A model generated the notes under the pieces. The model was not told the origin of the DNA and ran no database searches. It saw only the letters and a program-made list of their open reading frames with translations. A stretch of DNA of 64,000 nt, taken from contig OZ024743.1 in NCBI GenBank assembly GCA_964016885.1, positions 277,450,001 through 277,514,000 on the forward strand. The letters are read 5' to 3'. This document shows, piece after piece, positions 42,044 through 56,559 of this stretch. The stretch is from Eledone cirrhosa (Eukaryota). Numbering within the stretch: the first letter of the stretch is position 1; the number at the start of each line of letters is the position of its first letter. The translations under genes were made by a program, and so were the position numbers.

Positions 42044-42699
42044 GTATACATATGTATATATATGGTATATGTACATATGTACATTGAGTACATATGTACA
42101 TTGAGAAACAGTTACATAACATGAACAAATAATTAAATCTCTAACTCGTCAGCCACCTACTGATGTGCAATTTCGCACTGTAATGTGGGATTGCAATAGT
42201 AACGAAACTTTGTGTAACAGATTGGAGAACAGCTCTGCTGGTAATGTGAGGCAACAAAGAAAGGACAGCAAACTCTATGGTGCCTTTCGACAAAAACAAA
42301 TATAAAAATATAACAGTTAGAAATAAATAAACAACAGATTTTGATTGAATTAAGAGAAAAGACATCGCAAAATGTGTAACAGTTTAATGCTGGACACAAT
42401 TTACACCCCACCCACGCACACATATGTTTATCTTATAGTAGTAGGATACCCGTCTGAGTTAGGGACCAATTTATGGCAAAAGAATAATTATATTTCGTGC
42501 ATAAATGTATATAAATATACGAAATTATTTTTGTATATTTTTGAAATGATAACCATATAAATAGATGTTGATTTCTTTGTAATTCCATAGCGGCTAAATC
42601 GATTGTCGATCTATAATTGACAATTTTTGCCGTTTTGTATCCAATATTGATGCATATGAATTTATGTTTGTGTTTTCATTCTGGATTATTAATATTAGT

Positions 42700-43040
42700 C
42701 TTACTTTTATTGCGTGTTGTCACTGCATTATCGAACACCACTATATTAGCTTTGGGTATGTGCAGAGTGGTTTTTGGTGGTGTTGTTTCTATTGTATTGA
42801 GGGTCTTCTTCGTAATATGTGAGCAGTGTCTAGTAGTGGTATTTTTGTATGCAGTATATATTTGTGAGTCCTGAATTTTTGATTATGTATCTACTGTATT
42901 TTATTTTTATCATTCCCAGAGAACCTATTATTATAGGGATTGTTTCTATTTTTATCATCCACATTCGGGTTATTTCTATCTCTAGATCTTTATATTTGAA
43001 TAATTTTTCCATTTCCGTGGTAGATATATTGTTGTTTGTA
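42700..43040 (-). mobile_element. R4/Dong-like non-LTR 3' fragment (RLE domain)
   Basis: KYKDLEIEITRMW..ETIPIIIGSLG..IQK, followed by TAHILRR in a shifted frame. Confidence 0.7.
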
Positions 43041-43266
43041 TCCCCGCAGACGATTGTATACACTTCCATGTGTCAGTAATCAACTAGAACTATAGAATTT
43101 TCTTTTATGCGAAGCATAAATTTTTGAAAACGAATCCTCCTCAGTTTGTATGGTTGTTCATATATCCGGTAATCCTGGAATATAAGCCATAGCAATGTGA
43201 AACTCCAAACATTAAATACTTTCAACATTATTGCAATCATTATTGATGGCACAACTCCACTAATAA

Positions 43267-43485
43267 GGCGGTGGATTGGCAGTGTCGGTACAGCATCGGG
43301 CAACATACTTTATGGCATATAGTTACGGCCGGTTACTTTCTGAGTTCAAATCCTGCCGAGGTTAGCTTTGCCTTTCATCCTTACTGCGTCGATAAACTAA
43401 AGTACCAATCACGCACTGGGGTCTATTTAATCGATCGTCTCCAAAAGAAAAACAATTTTAGCCTTGTGCCTAAATCAGAAGAAAA
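43267..43485 (+). mobile_element. tRNA-derived SINE
   Basis: GGCGGTGGATTGGCAGTGTCGGTA..GAGTTCAAATCCTGCCGAGGTTAGCTTTGCCTTTCATCC..AAGTACC. Confidence 0.85.
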
Positions 43486-43806
43486 TAAGCATATTATAAT
43501 AATATATCAACAATTATAATCCATTGCTCCAATAAATATACACTTTTTGTGTGTATGAGTATGATTGTGTGTGTGTATCTGTGTGTGTGTGTGGGTGCGT
43601 GTGTTTCTAGTTATTGTTTTGTATGGAAAAAACACAATTGAATAACAAATTTATATATTTTTTCTGTCAATATGTCTCGTAAAATGTAAGTTTATTTTCT
43701 AGTGTCAATATGTCTGGTAATTTATGACATCTCTTGTATTTATATCGATTTGTATATCGATGTATGAATGTTTGTGCATGTGTATGAGAGAGTGCAGTTA
43801 TGTATG

Positions 43807-43839
<33 letters not shown>

Positions 43840-43901
43840 CGGTAGCCGGACCAAAATATTAGCATTGAGTGCTCAAACTGGTGAACCATTGGTAAGTAAT
43901 A

Positions 43902-43970
<69 letters not shown>

Positions 43971-44067
43971 TAACAGATTAAAGTTTAAGCAAAGAATCGC
44001 TGCTTTCACCCTTATATTTATCCTTATCGAGCCCTCTTTGGATTTTAGTCTTCAAATTTATTATAAT

Positions 44068-45343
<1,276 letters not shown>

Positions 45344-46197
45344 TGATTATACTACGCATGGGCATTCGTTTTAGAGCAATTAGCCACATGAGGTATGGTT
45401 CACCACACGGCTGGCTTTACTACTAAAAAATTGAAGCCAATTCTTTTGTTAAAAGTACTTCAGGCATTTTCACTATAGAAAACCATACGTATAAGCATCT
45501 GACTTAGAAATGAGGAAAAGTTGATACTTTTTTTTTTCTTTAATAAATAGGTGCTCTCTTGAATAATTGTAGTTTTGGTACACTATTATAGCTGATAACA
45601 TTGTGATTAACACACGATGATGATAAGTTACAGAATAATTAAAAGAAAAAATCAGTTTATTAAATATGAATATTTGTATGGTCCGTGTATGAATAATTTC
45701 ATAATTCTTGTATAAAAATTTTATAAAACTATTTTTTAAAAAGTACACGTTAAATAATTTTATCTTCTAAATTGTAAAATTACATAAAAACAATAAAAAA
45801 TTTGATATTTAGTCAAACATATAGAAAAAGAGTATTAGAAAGGACTATAAATACTATAAATGAGAGAAAAAGGTGGGTGAGAGCAAGGATTATTAGGCGA
45901 CAAAGGAAAGGTAGGAGAAAAGGGAGAGGGTGACAGACTATACATCTAAGTCAGAGCAGTGTTTCGGCTGCACTCTACGGACAAAATGACAAAAGCCTTT
46001 CCACGGACAATGGCCTGCGACATACGCTGCAACAATTGTTATTTTACAATCTTTGATGACTTCTACATGACTAGAACTGCTTCATACCTATATATATATA
46101 TCGAAAAGATGCCTATACTCTACAAATGTATTGAATATCTTTTTTAAATGTTGTTACTCACCGGCATACCTCTGGAAAATGTTTGCCCTACGGGTTT

Positions 46198-46229
<32 letters not shown>

Positions 46230-46622
46230 TGTTTCTACTTTTGGCACAAGGCCAGCAATTACCCAGTACATTACTGGTACTTTATTTTATCGACCCCATA
46301 AGGATTAAAAGGCAAATGCTGGACGCACAGACATTAGGATGTGTGTTTTCCTGCCAGCGGCATATCAAATATATGGATCTTCATCTGAGGAAACCGTTCT
46401 CATAATCAACAGCAAATGCATGAAGGACATCTCGATTGCATGGAGAACCGTAGAAATAATTATTATGATTAAACGATATATGTAAACTCAGCATCTTATT
46501 TTATTTTATTTTATTTTATTTTATTTTATTATTTTTATAAAATTCTCCATCGTAACTAAAACAACGATTGTTGAGAGCTTTCTCCTGTTTACTCCTGTTT
46601 TTACCAAAACAATCTTTTCCGA

Positions 46623-46661
<39 letters not shown>

Positions 46662-46722
46662 AACAGTTGGCAGGTGAACAGTAAGCTGTACTAATGAAGG
46701 GTATCTTACATATATATATATA

Positions 46723-46755
<33 letters not shown>

Positions 46756-46898
46756 AATAACAGATTAAAGTTTAAGCAAAGAATCGCCTCTTTCACCCTT
46801 AACGAGATCTACTGAAACTAAAAGAGTCAATCTGTGACCGCAGAAGTAAATATTTCAAAAAACGTTGCAACCGAAGGAAGACAAGAAGACGATACTTT

Positions 46899-47175
46899 GG
46901 TTCGTGGAAACGTTCCCTGGCAAAGAACGGGAAAAAACGAAGATAATACGTCATTAATTGGTGCGGTGAAAACAATTACACGCAAAGACAAAACCACGTT
47001 TATGGTTTAGATGAAGTCGCAGACTAATATCCTATAGGTGGTTCATGGAGACGTTCTCTGGCAATGAGTGAAAAAACGAAGATAATACGTCATTATGTGG
47101 AGCAATGAGAACAATTACACGCAAAGACAAAACCACGTAAATGGTATAACTGAAGTCGTAGACTAAAATTCTATA
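46899..47175. repeat. Diverged tandem duplication, about 141-bp unit x2
   Basis: AAAAAACGAAGATAATACGTCATTA..AACAATTACACGCAAAGACAAAACCACGT occurs twice. Confidence 0.85.
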
Positions 47176-47856
47176 AAGGAAACCGAATGATTCTCGGCTT
47201 CAGAGTTAAGAATAAAGTAAATAAAATACAGAGGTAATTGAAATTAAATATATACATACACGCATCCATATACGTACATACACAAGCATACGCGCAAACA
47301 CTCGCCATGGGTATGCAAATACAAGCACGTACGCAAAAAAAAAAAAAAAAAAAATAAACACGCACGCACATACAGAACCCACGCAACGCTTGTACCGCAC
47401 ACATACGAACGTGTACACCAAATACACATAAAATATATATATACATGTGTGTGTGTGCGTGCGTGTATACATAATAAATAAACGTATATAAATATACACA
47501 CATAAATACGTATATAACGCGTGCACACACACACCCACATGTAAATACACATATGTTCGCGGACGTACGTCAACCAACACACAAAATACATATATACACA
47601 CACCCTACATACGTACGAACCTGCATACTCACACAGACGCAAAACTCACGTATACACATAACCAAATGCACATGTGCCAGTATATATAATATATACGCCA
47701 ATAACATATACAAGCAAATATACGTACGAGAAAGTATACGTACCTTCACAAAACATACAGGTAATATATACTTACCTATACAAATAAGTAATGGTATTAA
47801 CATAACATATACTTAGCTACCACATCAAGACGTAAAATATCCGCGAATAGTTCGTA

Positions 47857-48420
47857 CTATCCGTTAGGGTATAATGTGGGGCTGTAATACAGGAAAGTTT
47901 TGTGCAATTTATGTTTACAAGTCGAAATTGCCTCAGATTCTTTGTTTAAGATGTGGTCTTTGGCGTAGAGTATTTCCATGGCCTCAGCGGCGCAGAGGTC
48001 ACATGGTCTTTTATTTCCGTTATACGATCTAGCCCTAGCTAGGATCGCCCAGTGTAACTTATATTGGGTGTGGTTGTCTTTTAGACTCCAGATATAAGCT
48101 GAAAGTGACATCATATTCCTTCTTAAAGGGTTAAGAAAAGAATGGGTATGCATGTAATGATGCTGCTTGAATCTATTGGCGGTTAACCCTATGTAGGCCC
48201 TATGCGTCGTGAGTGTTTCAACCTTACATTTGTAGACAATGTTACTAGAGAGGCATTTCCCGGATAGAGGGCAGTCAACCCGATTCCTACAGTTAGTACT
48301 AGCTACAGCATTGCACGTGTTCCTACGGCTAGGTAATTTAGCTAAATTTGAAGTTGTGATGTTATGTGCCTGGTTAGGAGTCGTAGAGTAAGAAATTTTA
48401 ATGGTATTTCTATGAAACAT
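47857..48420 (-). pseudogene. GIY-YIG endonuclease domain of a PLE
   Basis: IVY..YIG motif pair plus the downstream E and LNK motifs. Confidence 0.8.
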
Positions 48421-48779
48421 TTTACTATATTTATGTGCTGGGGGGGGGGGGGGGATGCTTCATAATAAGGGAGAGAAAGATCTTAGCTAAAGGTGTGGGC
48501 ACCTCCATATTATATGGTGTGTTATACCATATAATGCGTCGGGATCTATTTCTTTAGGTCTATTCTCGTACTCTGTATAAGCTACCTTATCGACAAATCC
48601 ACTACGAGCAAGAGCTTCGTTGTAATATGTGGAATGGTCGTTGAAAATATTCTCCATTGTTGATAGACGGGAAAGCCTCAAAGAAACGTTTCTTACCAGG
48701 TTCTTGGTTATGCTGGCAGGAGGGTTAGAATGCTTACTTATGTAATTAAGCGCATCAATTACTTATATAATTAAGCGTG

Positions 48780-48812
<33 letters not shown>

Positions 48813-48898
48813 ATAGCTTTCACCGTATTTTAACTAAAGGAATTTTAGCTTGATAACGGGGTTTAGAACCCTCAGATAAATGGAAAAAGATGAGTATT

Positions 48899-48968
48899 GA
48901 CGTACATGGGAGTCGAACCCACATCTGTGGTTATCGCGACTACTGTGCTACCATTACACCAACACATC
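48899..48968 (-). tRNA. tRNA-like cloverleaf (pseudo-tRNA or SINE head), identity undetermined
   Basis: GATGTGT TG GTGT AATGGTA GCAC A GTAGT CGCGATA ACCAC AGAT GTGGG TTCGACT CCCAT GTACGTC. All four arms pair, but U33 is absent and the anticodon stem has a mismatch. Confidence 0.5.
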
Positions 48969-49439
48969 ACCCATCTCTTTCCATTCAAATTAGAAACTAC
49001 ATTCTTAGCGAGTTTAAATGGCAAGTAAGTATGTTTTGAAATAGTGAGCGAGTTTGAAATTAGAAAATATATAGCTTTCACCGTATGTTTGACTATATAT
49101 ATATATATATATAATATTAAGGATACTATTTATGGTTATGTATATATTAAACTTTTTATAGTTATGTATATTTTAAACCTTAAACAGTGAAGGTCAGTAA
49201 TTTATTACTACCTTATTACCAGTAAGATAAATAGCTCAATGTAATAACATCAGTTGTTCTACAGAGCAGTTATATAGAATTCACAAGAATCAAAGCTATG
49301 TTCAAAGCATTTATTCACTTACAATTGTTTCATCCAAACCTAGGCTTGGAGTATTCGGACAATTTTTCAATGTTTGTACATATAATTGACCTCCTTTCCA
49401 ACGCAAGAGACGTACACATACATATATATATATATTGAT

Positions 49440-50830
49440 GTACCCCGCGATGATGCACTACTCCTTATAGACCATAAACAATTTAATATAGAAAGAACTA
49501 GAAAACTATTGCACAAGACTTTCAAAAACTATAACCTAAGTATCACCATAGACAAAAACACTAAAAACGTTAACTTCCTAGATGCCACCCTTTACCTAGA
49601 CTCTAAGATATATACACCATTCCATAAACCTAACGAAATACTGATTTACGTAGATACCAAGTCTAACCACCCTAGATCAATATTAAACTCTATCTCTAAA
49701 GGAATATCCAATAGAATCTCCAATCTATCTTATGACGAAACCATATTTAGAAAACACTCACAATACTATAATCAGGCATTAGCTAGATCAGGACATAATA
49801 ATGAGATCGAGTTCCTACCTATAACAACACATAGTTACAACATTATTTCGCACAATATATCCATGAGGAAAAATAGTAATAGGAATAATAACCACACACA
49901 CACTAGTACGAAGGGTGGCAACAAACGTAACTCACACCAGAGAGGACACCAAAATATCATAAGAACATCTCACCAGACATAAAAAACAAAAATGGAAGAA
50001 GAACGAATACATTTTTCAACCCCCCTTTCAATCTAAACGTCTCTACCAACCTACCTAAGGCTTTCTTCTCACTCCTAGATAAAAACTTCCCATCTGGCCA
50101 CAAGTACCATAGTCTTATAAATAAAAACACCATTAAAATCTCCTACTCTACCACGCCTAACATAGCATACCACATAGCTACTAGCAATAAAAGAAAGATT
50201 AATACTTACTTTCAACAAACTAAAACACAGCAGGGGGTAAACTTTCAAAACAACGTAATATCTGCAAACCCTTATATCAATAGTAATAATAGTAATAACA
50301 CTAGTGAAATCAATAACACTGGGAGCGACAACCCACATAGCCATAATGCAATACCTAGCAACCAGACTTCTACACAACATAATAACCGGCAGCTTAACAT
50401 CCAAAATAATTGTAACTGTAGATCTAATAGAACCTGCCCTTTAGATAAAAACTGCTTAATCAAGGACATCATATACTCATGCACCGTCAGAACTAGCAAC
50501 TCTTCTGAAACCTACATAGACTTCGAACTGCTTCAAAACCAGATACAATTCACACCTCCATTCTTTCAAAAAACACAGTCTAGCCAACTCCACTTCACTA
50601 TCTAGCTACATACACTATCTAAAAACTAGAAATAGATCTTATACACTTCAATGGGAAGCGATAGATAAGGCGGCATCGTACAGACCACCTAATAAATTCT
50701 GTAACCTCTGTCTACTAGAGACCCATACTATTATCTTCTCGAACCTTAACCTCCTTAATAAAAAACGGAAGTGTTTGCGTCGTGCCAACACTGCTTCCGG
50801 CACTCCTTCCAAAACTTTAAACCCAATATA
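49440..50830 (+). pseudogene. PLE RT C-terminal half and GIY-YIG endonuclease, frameshifted
   Basis: ORF 49386-49982 plus downstream frames carrying the motifs listed above. Confidence 0.8.
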
Positions 50831-52227
50831 TAACAATGTCAGACTTGAACCCATCACCGTTTCTAACACCACAACTCAAGGGCACGCCTTACACTACAAC
50901 ACCATACTTTCTGATCCACCCTATCTCGACACAAATCATTCCATCTATCTATAACTTTATACCCTAGAAATATCCCCATAAACACCTACTTCTAATATAA
51001 TTACTTTCAATTACTTATAATTATATAGTGATATAATGCAGTCTATGTAAACTTTAAATACTAGATACGGCAGTGAATTATATATGCAATTGTGGTTAAA
51101 TGTATGGAATGATAACATTGGATATATATAGGATTAATTTATTAACATAAGGGATCCGTCTAACTTATATGTAGGGTGCTGCAATGAATTATATATGAAT
51201 TATATATGCAAGTATAACTTGATGGATAGATTAATCAGCCATACGCTGCTCCATAACTTACCAGGGGCTATGTAGACAAAATTCTAATGGGTCCTCTGAT
51301 GTTTTGAGAGTAGACTGTATTTACAGTGAACTTTGATATAAAGATATGGCACTTTGTATGGAAAGTTCAATTATAGCACTATATAATAAGGAGTAATCAA
51401 CTTACTATAGATACCTTTAATACATTATGATAGAGTAGACTGTATTTAAAATTGAAAACCAGATATAAATATATAACCGTTTATATAAGGGACTCAATTG
51501 TGGCACATTATAATGTATGTTAGAACAATGAATTTAGATATGAGAATCAGCTAGTTACCCCCCCCCCCCCCTTACGCATTAACTCCCCTTAATTACACAC
51601 CTACTTCCGAGTAATAAACCACTGTAAATTCTCGCAGCAGAAAGAACCTATTCTATAAATATGGATTAAATAACACTGAGCCTCAATACGCTACAATATT
51701 TAAATGCATAAAACATTCATTACAGAATCATCGTTACTTATGTGATGGATGTAAAAACGTTTCTTTCTATTTCTGTTGTGAAAATGATGGTGGATACGAA
51801 AACTATAACTTTCTTTTGCTTCTTCTTTTTCTTTTTATTTTTCTGCACACATACTTTTTTGATCTATACAAAAAATACCCTACCACTACAACCACCATAA
51901 TACTCTTGCTTACCCGCTTAAAGTGCATGCATTACATGTAACACCTTGCCACACAATAATCGTATAAAAATGAGACACACTTGCATGATCCATGTGTAAC
52001 TAACGCATACACTACCTACTAGATCTGACTATCAAACTATCCTCCTGCATTATCTGTGTTATCTGCCAAATGTATTTTAATTTTGATTTTGATTTTGAAT
52101 TTGAATTGCTGTACAAAAATAGTATAGTATAATATATGTCACTCCACTGTACATCAATATATATATATGTATCTGTATGTCTCTTGCGTTGGAAAGGAGG
52201 TCAATTATATCTACAAACATTGAAAAA

Positions 52228-52273
52228 TGCTCCGAAGACTCCAAGCCTAGGTTTGGATGAAACAATTGTAAGT
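52228..52273 (+). ncRNA. Hammerhead-like motif with CCGAAGA core variant
   Basis: GCT CCGAAGA C TCCAAGC-CTAG-GTTTGGA T GAAAC AATT GTA AGT. Confidence 0.5.
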
Positions 52274-52309
52274 GAATAAATGCTCTGAACATAGCTTTGA
52301 TTCTTGTGA

Positions 52310-52406
<97 letters not shown>

Positions 52407-52530
52407 TTATTATATATATAATCCTTATCGAGCCCTCTTCCGATTTTAGTCTTCATAATTATTGTTACTATGATGATCCGTGTGAAACAAATTGTTCTTC
52501 AGAAATAGTGAATTAACTGTTGTGAAACTA

Positions 52531-53361
<831 letters not shown>

Positions 53362-53750
53362 TATAATGAAAAATTAGAAATTATAAGTTAAGATTATCCG
53401 TCATCAGTTGTCTACTAGGCATCGTCCAGCACTCTACGCGGTCTTTCTTGTCACACTGCTACGGCCAAGACGCTGTCTTTTTCTCCTCGTCAAAATTCGC
53501 CTGTTCTTATGTTCGAAATGAATTATTGACTTGATTTTTTTTCTTTTTACCTCTCTTTACGTTGCTTCACCCATCGTGTCTGTTTACATATCTTACTCTT
53601 TTTCCACCCACTTCTTTTTATCCCAATAACTTATTTTAGTCATTGAATCGCCCTAGGCTGAGGTATCTTGTCTCTAACGTGAAGAAATACTTATGATGCC
53701 TAGTAGACAACTGATGATGGATAATCCCAACTTCTAATTTCTAATTTTTC

Positions 53751-53755
<5 letters not shown>
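53362..53755. mobile_element. Element with about 63-bp terminal inverted repeats in (TA)n
   Basis: 53362-53423 mirrors 53692-53755, and the arms contain CTGATGA. Confidence 0.6.
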
Positions 53756-53795
<40 letters not shown>

Positions 53796-54314
53796 ATATT
53801 TGGGGAGGGTCATATTTGCGTAATATTGCCAGAATTAATAACAGAACACACTCACTGTTTGGTTGGTTTTCGCTTCTCGCTGTCTTTTATATATATATAT
53901 CTGCGATCTAACTTACTCGGTCCTCAATGTTGCCATTGACTGACCGGCGGTCAAAAATAATACAGATACAATATAGACACAAACACATATATATAGTTTA
54001 CATAATTTACATAAATCTTTCGTTGCACATCTGCAACATCGTCAGTGGTGTTATATTCATTGTTCCTCCTGTTGTGTTGTATGTCTACGCCATTTTTTTT
54101 TGTTCAGTCTGTCTATATATTTATTTATTTATTTGCTTGTTTGTTTATCTTATTTTATTTTGTCTTCTTTGCGCATGCGTTTGCGTGTGTGTATAGTGTT
54201 ATGTGTGATGTGTGACTAGTGTGTATAGTGTTGTGTCTGCTGGGTGACTAGTGTGTGTTTATGTGCTTGTGTATGTATTTATTTATCTTATTTTATTTTA
54301 TTTTATTTACTTAT

Positions 54315-56491
54315 TTATACTTCTCTTAGGTCAGTGTTGTTTGTTTGGGTGTTGTTGTTGTTCCACTCATTCTTTCTGTTTAGCTTTGGTCTTCTAATTT
54401 CTATTTCACTGGCCTCTCTGATTTGCCTATCTGCTGGGTCATTCCTATGTTTAGATATTATTCTAATTTCTATGTTGTCTATGTTACCGTCATGTTGTTG
54501 TCTAGCATGTTCGTATAGTACTGACCCGTTTTTTCGTCCTTTTAGTTCCCCCCCCAGTGTTGGTCTATCCTTTCACCTATGCTACGAGCTGTCTCACCTA
54601 TGTATGTTGTTGTCATGTTTCTGCAAGTACCCTCTGTACATCTTATGCTATAGACTACGTTTCTAGTTTTACAGTTTATCCGGGGGTTCACCTTACAAAT
54701 GATACATTTCCTATTGGTACAGTGGGTTTTCTTAAAAGGGTAGGTTTTGCTGATCAGGGATTTTATGGTGGTTCCTGGCTTTTCTACCACCTTTATTTTT
54801 AAGTGGGTCTTTCTCAGGGCCTTTCTACACTGGTTAGCTAATTTCCCTCCAGGGGTGGCGTCCACAAACATGACACTCTGATATCTCTGGTTGTCGTACC
54901 ATGATGTGGCCTTCCCTATCTTATGTCTAGCCCTATCTAAGCTATTCCATGATTTGCTCCTGTATAGTGGGCAAATTCCTTTCATGTCCAGTTCTATGAG
55001 GGTCTTATACTTTTCCATGGCTCCTTCGTATACTCTGACTCTGTCTCTTTGGTTGTAGCCAGAGAACTGCATGCGGTTGATGAAGTGTTGGATGTGTCCT
55101 TCCATTTCTGTTGGGTCGCACATGCTGGACACATTCTTCATCACTCGTACCAAATCTGCGATCAGAATATTAAACTTAGCACTACTGGACATTGCTGAGT
55201 TTTTGAGTATCAGGTATTTGGAGGCCATGGGTTTAGCATAGTGTGAGTGGAGAATTTGGGCTCTCTCGTCTATAGTGTTAATCCAGAGTTCTGTGTCTAA
55301 TACAGGTAGTCTATTGTTAGGGTGTTTGGAAGGGAAGTCTATAGTTACAGTTATACTCTGGTGTATGGAATTAGCTATCTGCTGGATGCTTTCCATCGTG
55401 CTACGTTCTAAATCAAACTTGTTAGTGCTCTCTGGTGGGGGTGTTCTTATAACTATATTGATATCGTCTACATAACGAGAGTACATGATGAGGTCTATGG
55501 AGCTTTCATTAAGGAGATCTTTAAGTCTCCTTTCCCACCATACCATGAAAAGGTTGGCAACATCACCAGCTATGCTGACGCCGATGGCTGCTCCCTCATT
55601 TTGGGTGTAGATTTTCTCATTGAACTTAAATATGTGGCCCTTTAGGGTAGTTTTGATACTAGCCCCTATAGCATGTGCGACCATTTTTCTTACCTGATCA
55701 GTGTTTTGGGGGGTCCGTATAGCTTTGGTCCACCCAATCCACCTTCCTATGGGAGTCTTTTTAGCCATTGAGGTTATGGTGGGGGGTCTACCTCTTATAG
55801 GTCTACTAGGGCAGAAACATCTAAGGTCATGGCTGTCTAGGTAGTCAGTGTCGTAGGTAAGTCTAAGTAGGAGGCCCAGTTCGTCTGTGTCGACGTCGCA
55901 GAACTCCACCTCACTCTCAATGATCATCTCCACACATCTTTTCACAGCAAAATCAATGTTAATGGATGGGTACAGTGACACCACATCCATGCTGCCTATT
56001 ATGCAGTTGGATAGGCTCCTGTTTTTGTTGCACTCACTGATTCTGCTGAGGAGGTCCTCTGTACTTTCACATACATCTGGAGACATCTTGATTATGGGGC
56101 GTATAACCATTGAGAGGAAGTAGGAGATCCTGTAGTTGCTAGCTATATTAGCTCCGCATACGGGTCTTATTGGTGGTCCTGTTGTCGGGTCGTCGACTGT
56201 CTTGTGGTCTTTGCGGAGCCCATACAAGGGTGGTATGCCATTGTTAGACGCCTGGAAGTTGTTGGCAGTGCGTCTGCTTGGCTTTAGGATGTCAGTCCAC
56301 ATCATCATGTGAGCGTTGAGGATTTTTTCTCTCCCATCGTGTGTTAGTTGTGCAACTTCGCTCGTGTTGGTGATGTGGGGTTGCATTGCCTCGATGTAGT
56401 TCGGCATGCTATCTATTGACATCCTACCAGACTTATCTGTGGGTAGACACACTACCTCACCATCCCTTGTGCGCTGCTTGAGGCTAACCAA
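54315..56491 (-). CDS. PLE reverse transcriptase + GIY-YIG endonuclease (left arm; 5'-truncated; open for 649 aa, then G-run frameshift at about 54550)
   Basis: TDKSG, RPVCGA, MDVVSLYPSI, GAAIG, RYVDD, LPVLD, KPMAS, C-x4-CxxC, VVY..C..C..YIGET.R..R..QH. The shifted frame continues to H..QH..RQIREA..LNRKNEW* ending at 54315. Confidence 0.85.
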
Positions 56492-56559
56492 GCCTTCTAC
56501 AGGTTTTATCCCAAGTTGTTGGTTTTATCCAACAACTTGGGATAAAACCTGTAGAAGGC

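Larger units (their letters stand above)
46751..48780 (-). mobile_element. 5'-truncated Hydra-clade-like Penelope element (RT thumb + GIY-YIG)
   Basis: YNEALARSGF; NTIKISYSTTPN; NCRNRVDCPLSGKC..IVYKC..AYIGLT..FK..H.HSF..CDLC..E. The outer 3' UTR boundary is uncertain. Confidence 0.8.
49113..52316 (+). mobile_element. 5'-truncated Hydra-clade-like Penelope element with inverted pLTR
   Basis: RT remnant RDD..VNFLD..KPN..SNHP..NRISNLS..YNQALARSG; FNPPFN; CNCRSNRTCPL (CxCx5C); GIY-YIG IIY..TYI. Inverted repeats 49272-49430 and 52160-52316, with TA flanks. Confidence 0.85.

Noticed and set aside
48899-48968. Functional tRNA-Ser(CGA) gene
   Set aside because: It lacks U33, purine 37 and the long variable arm, has an anticodon-stem mismatch, and is embedded in a repeat cassette.
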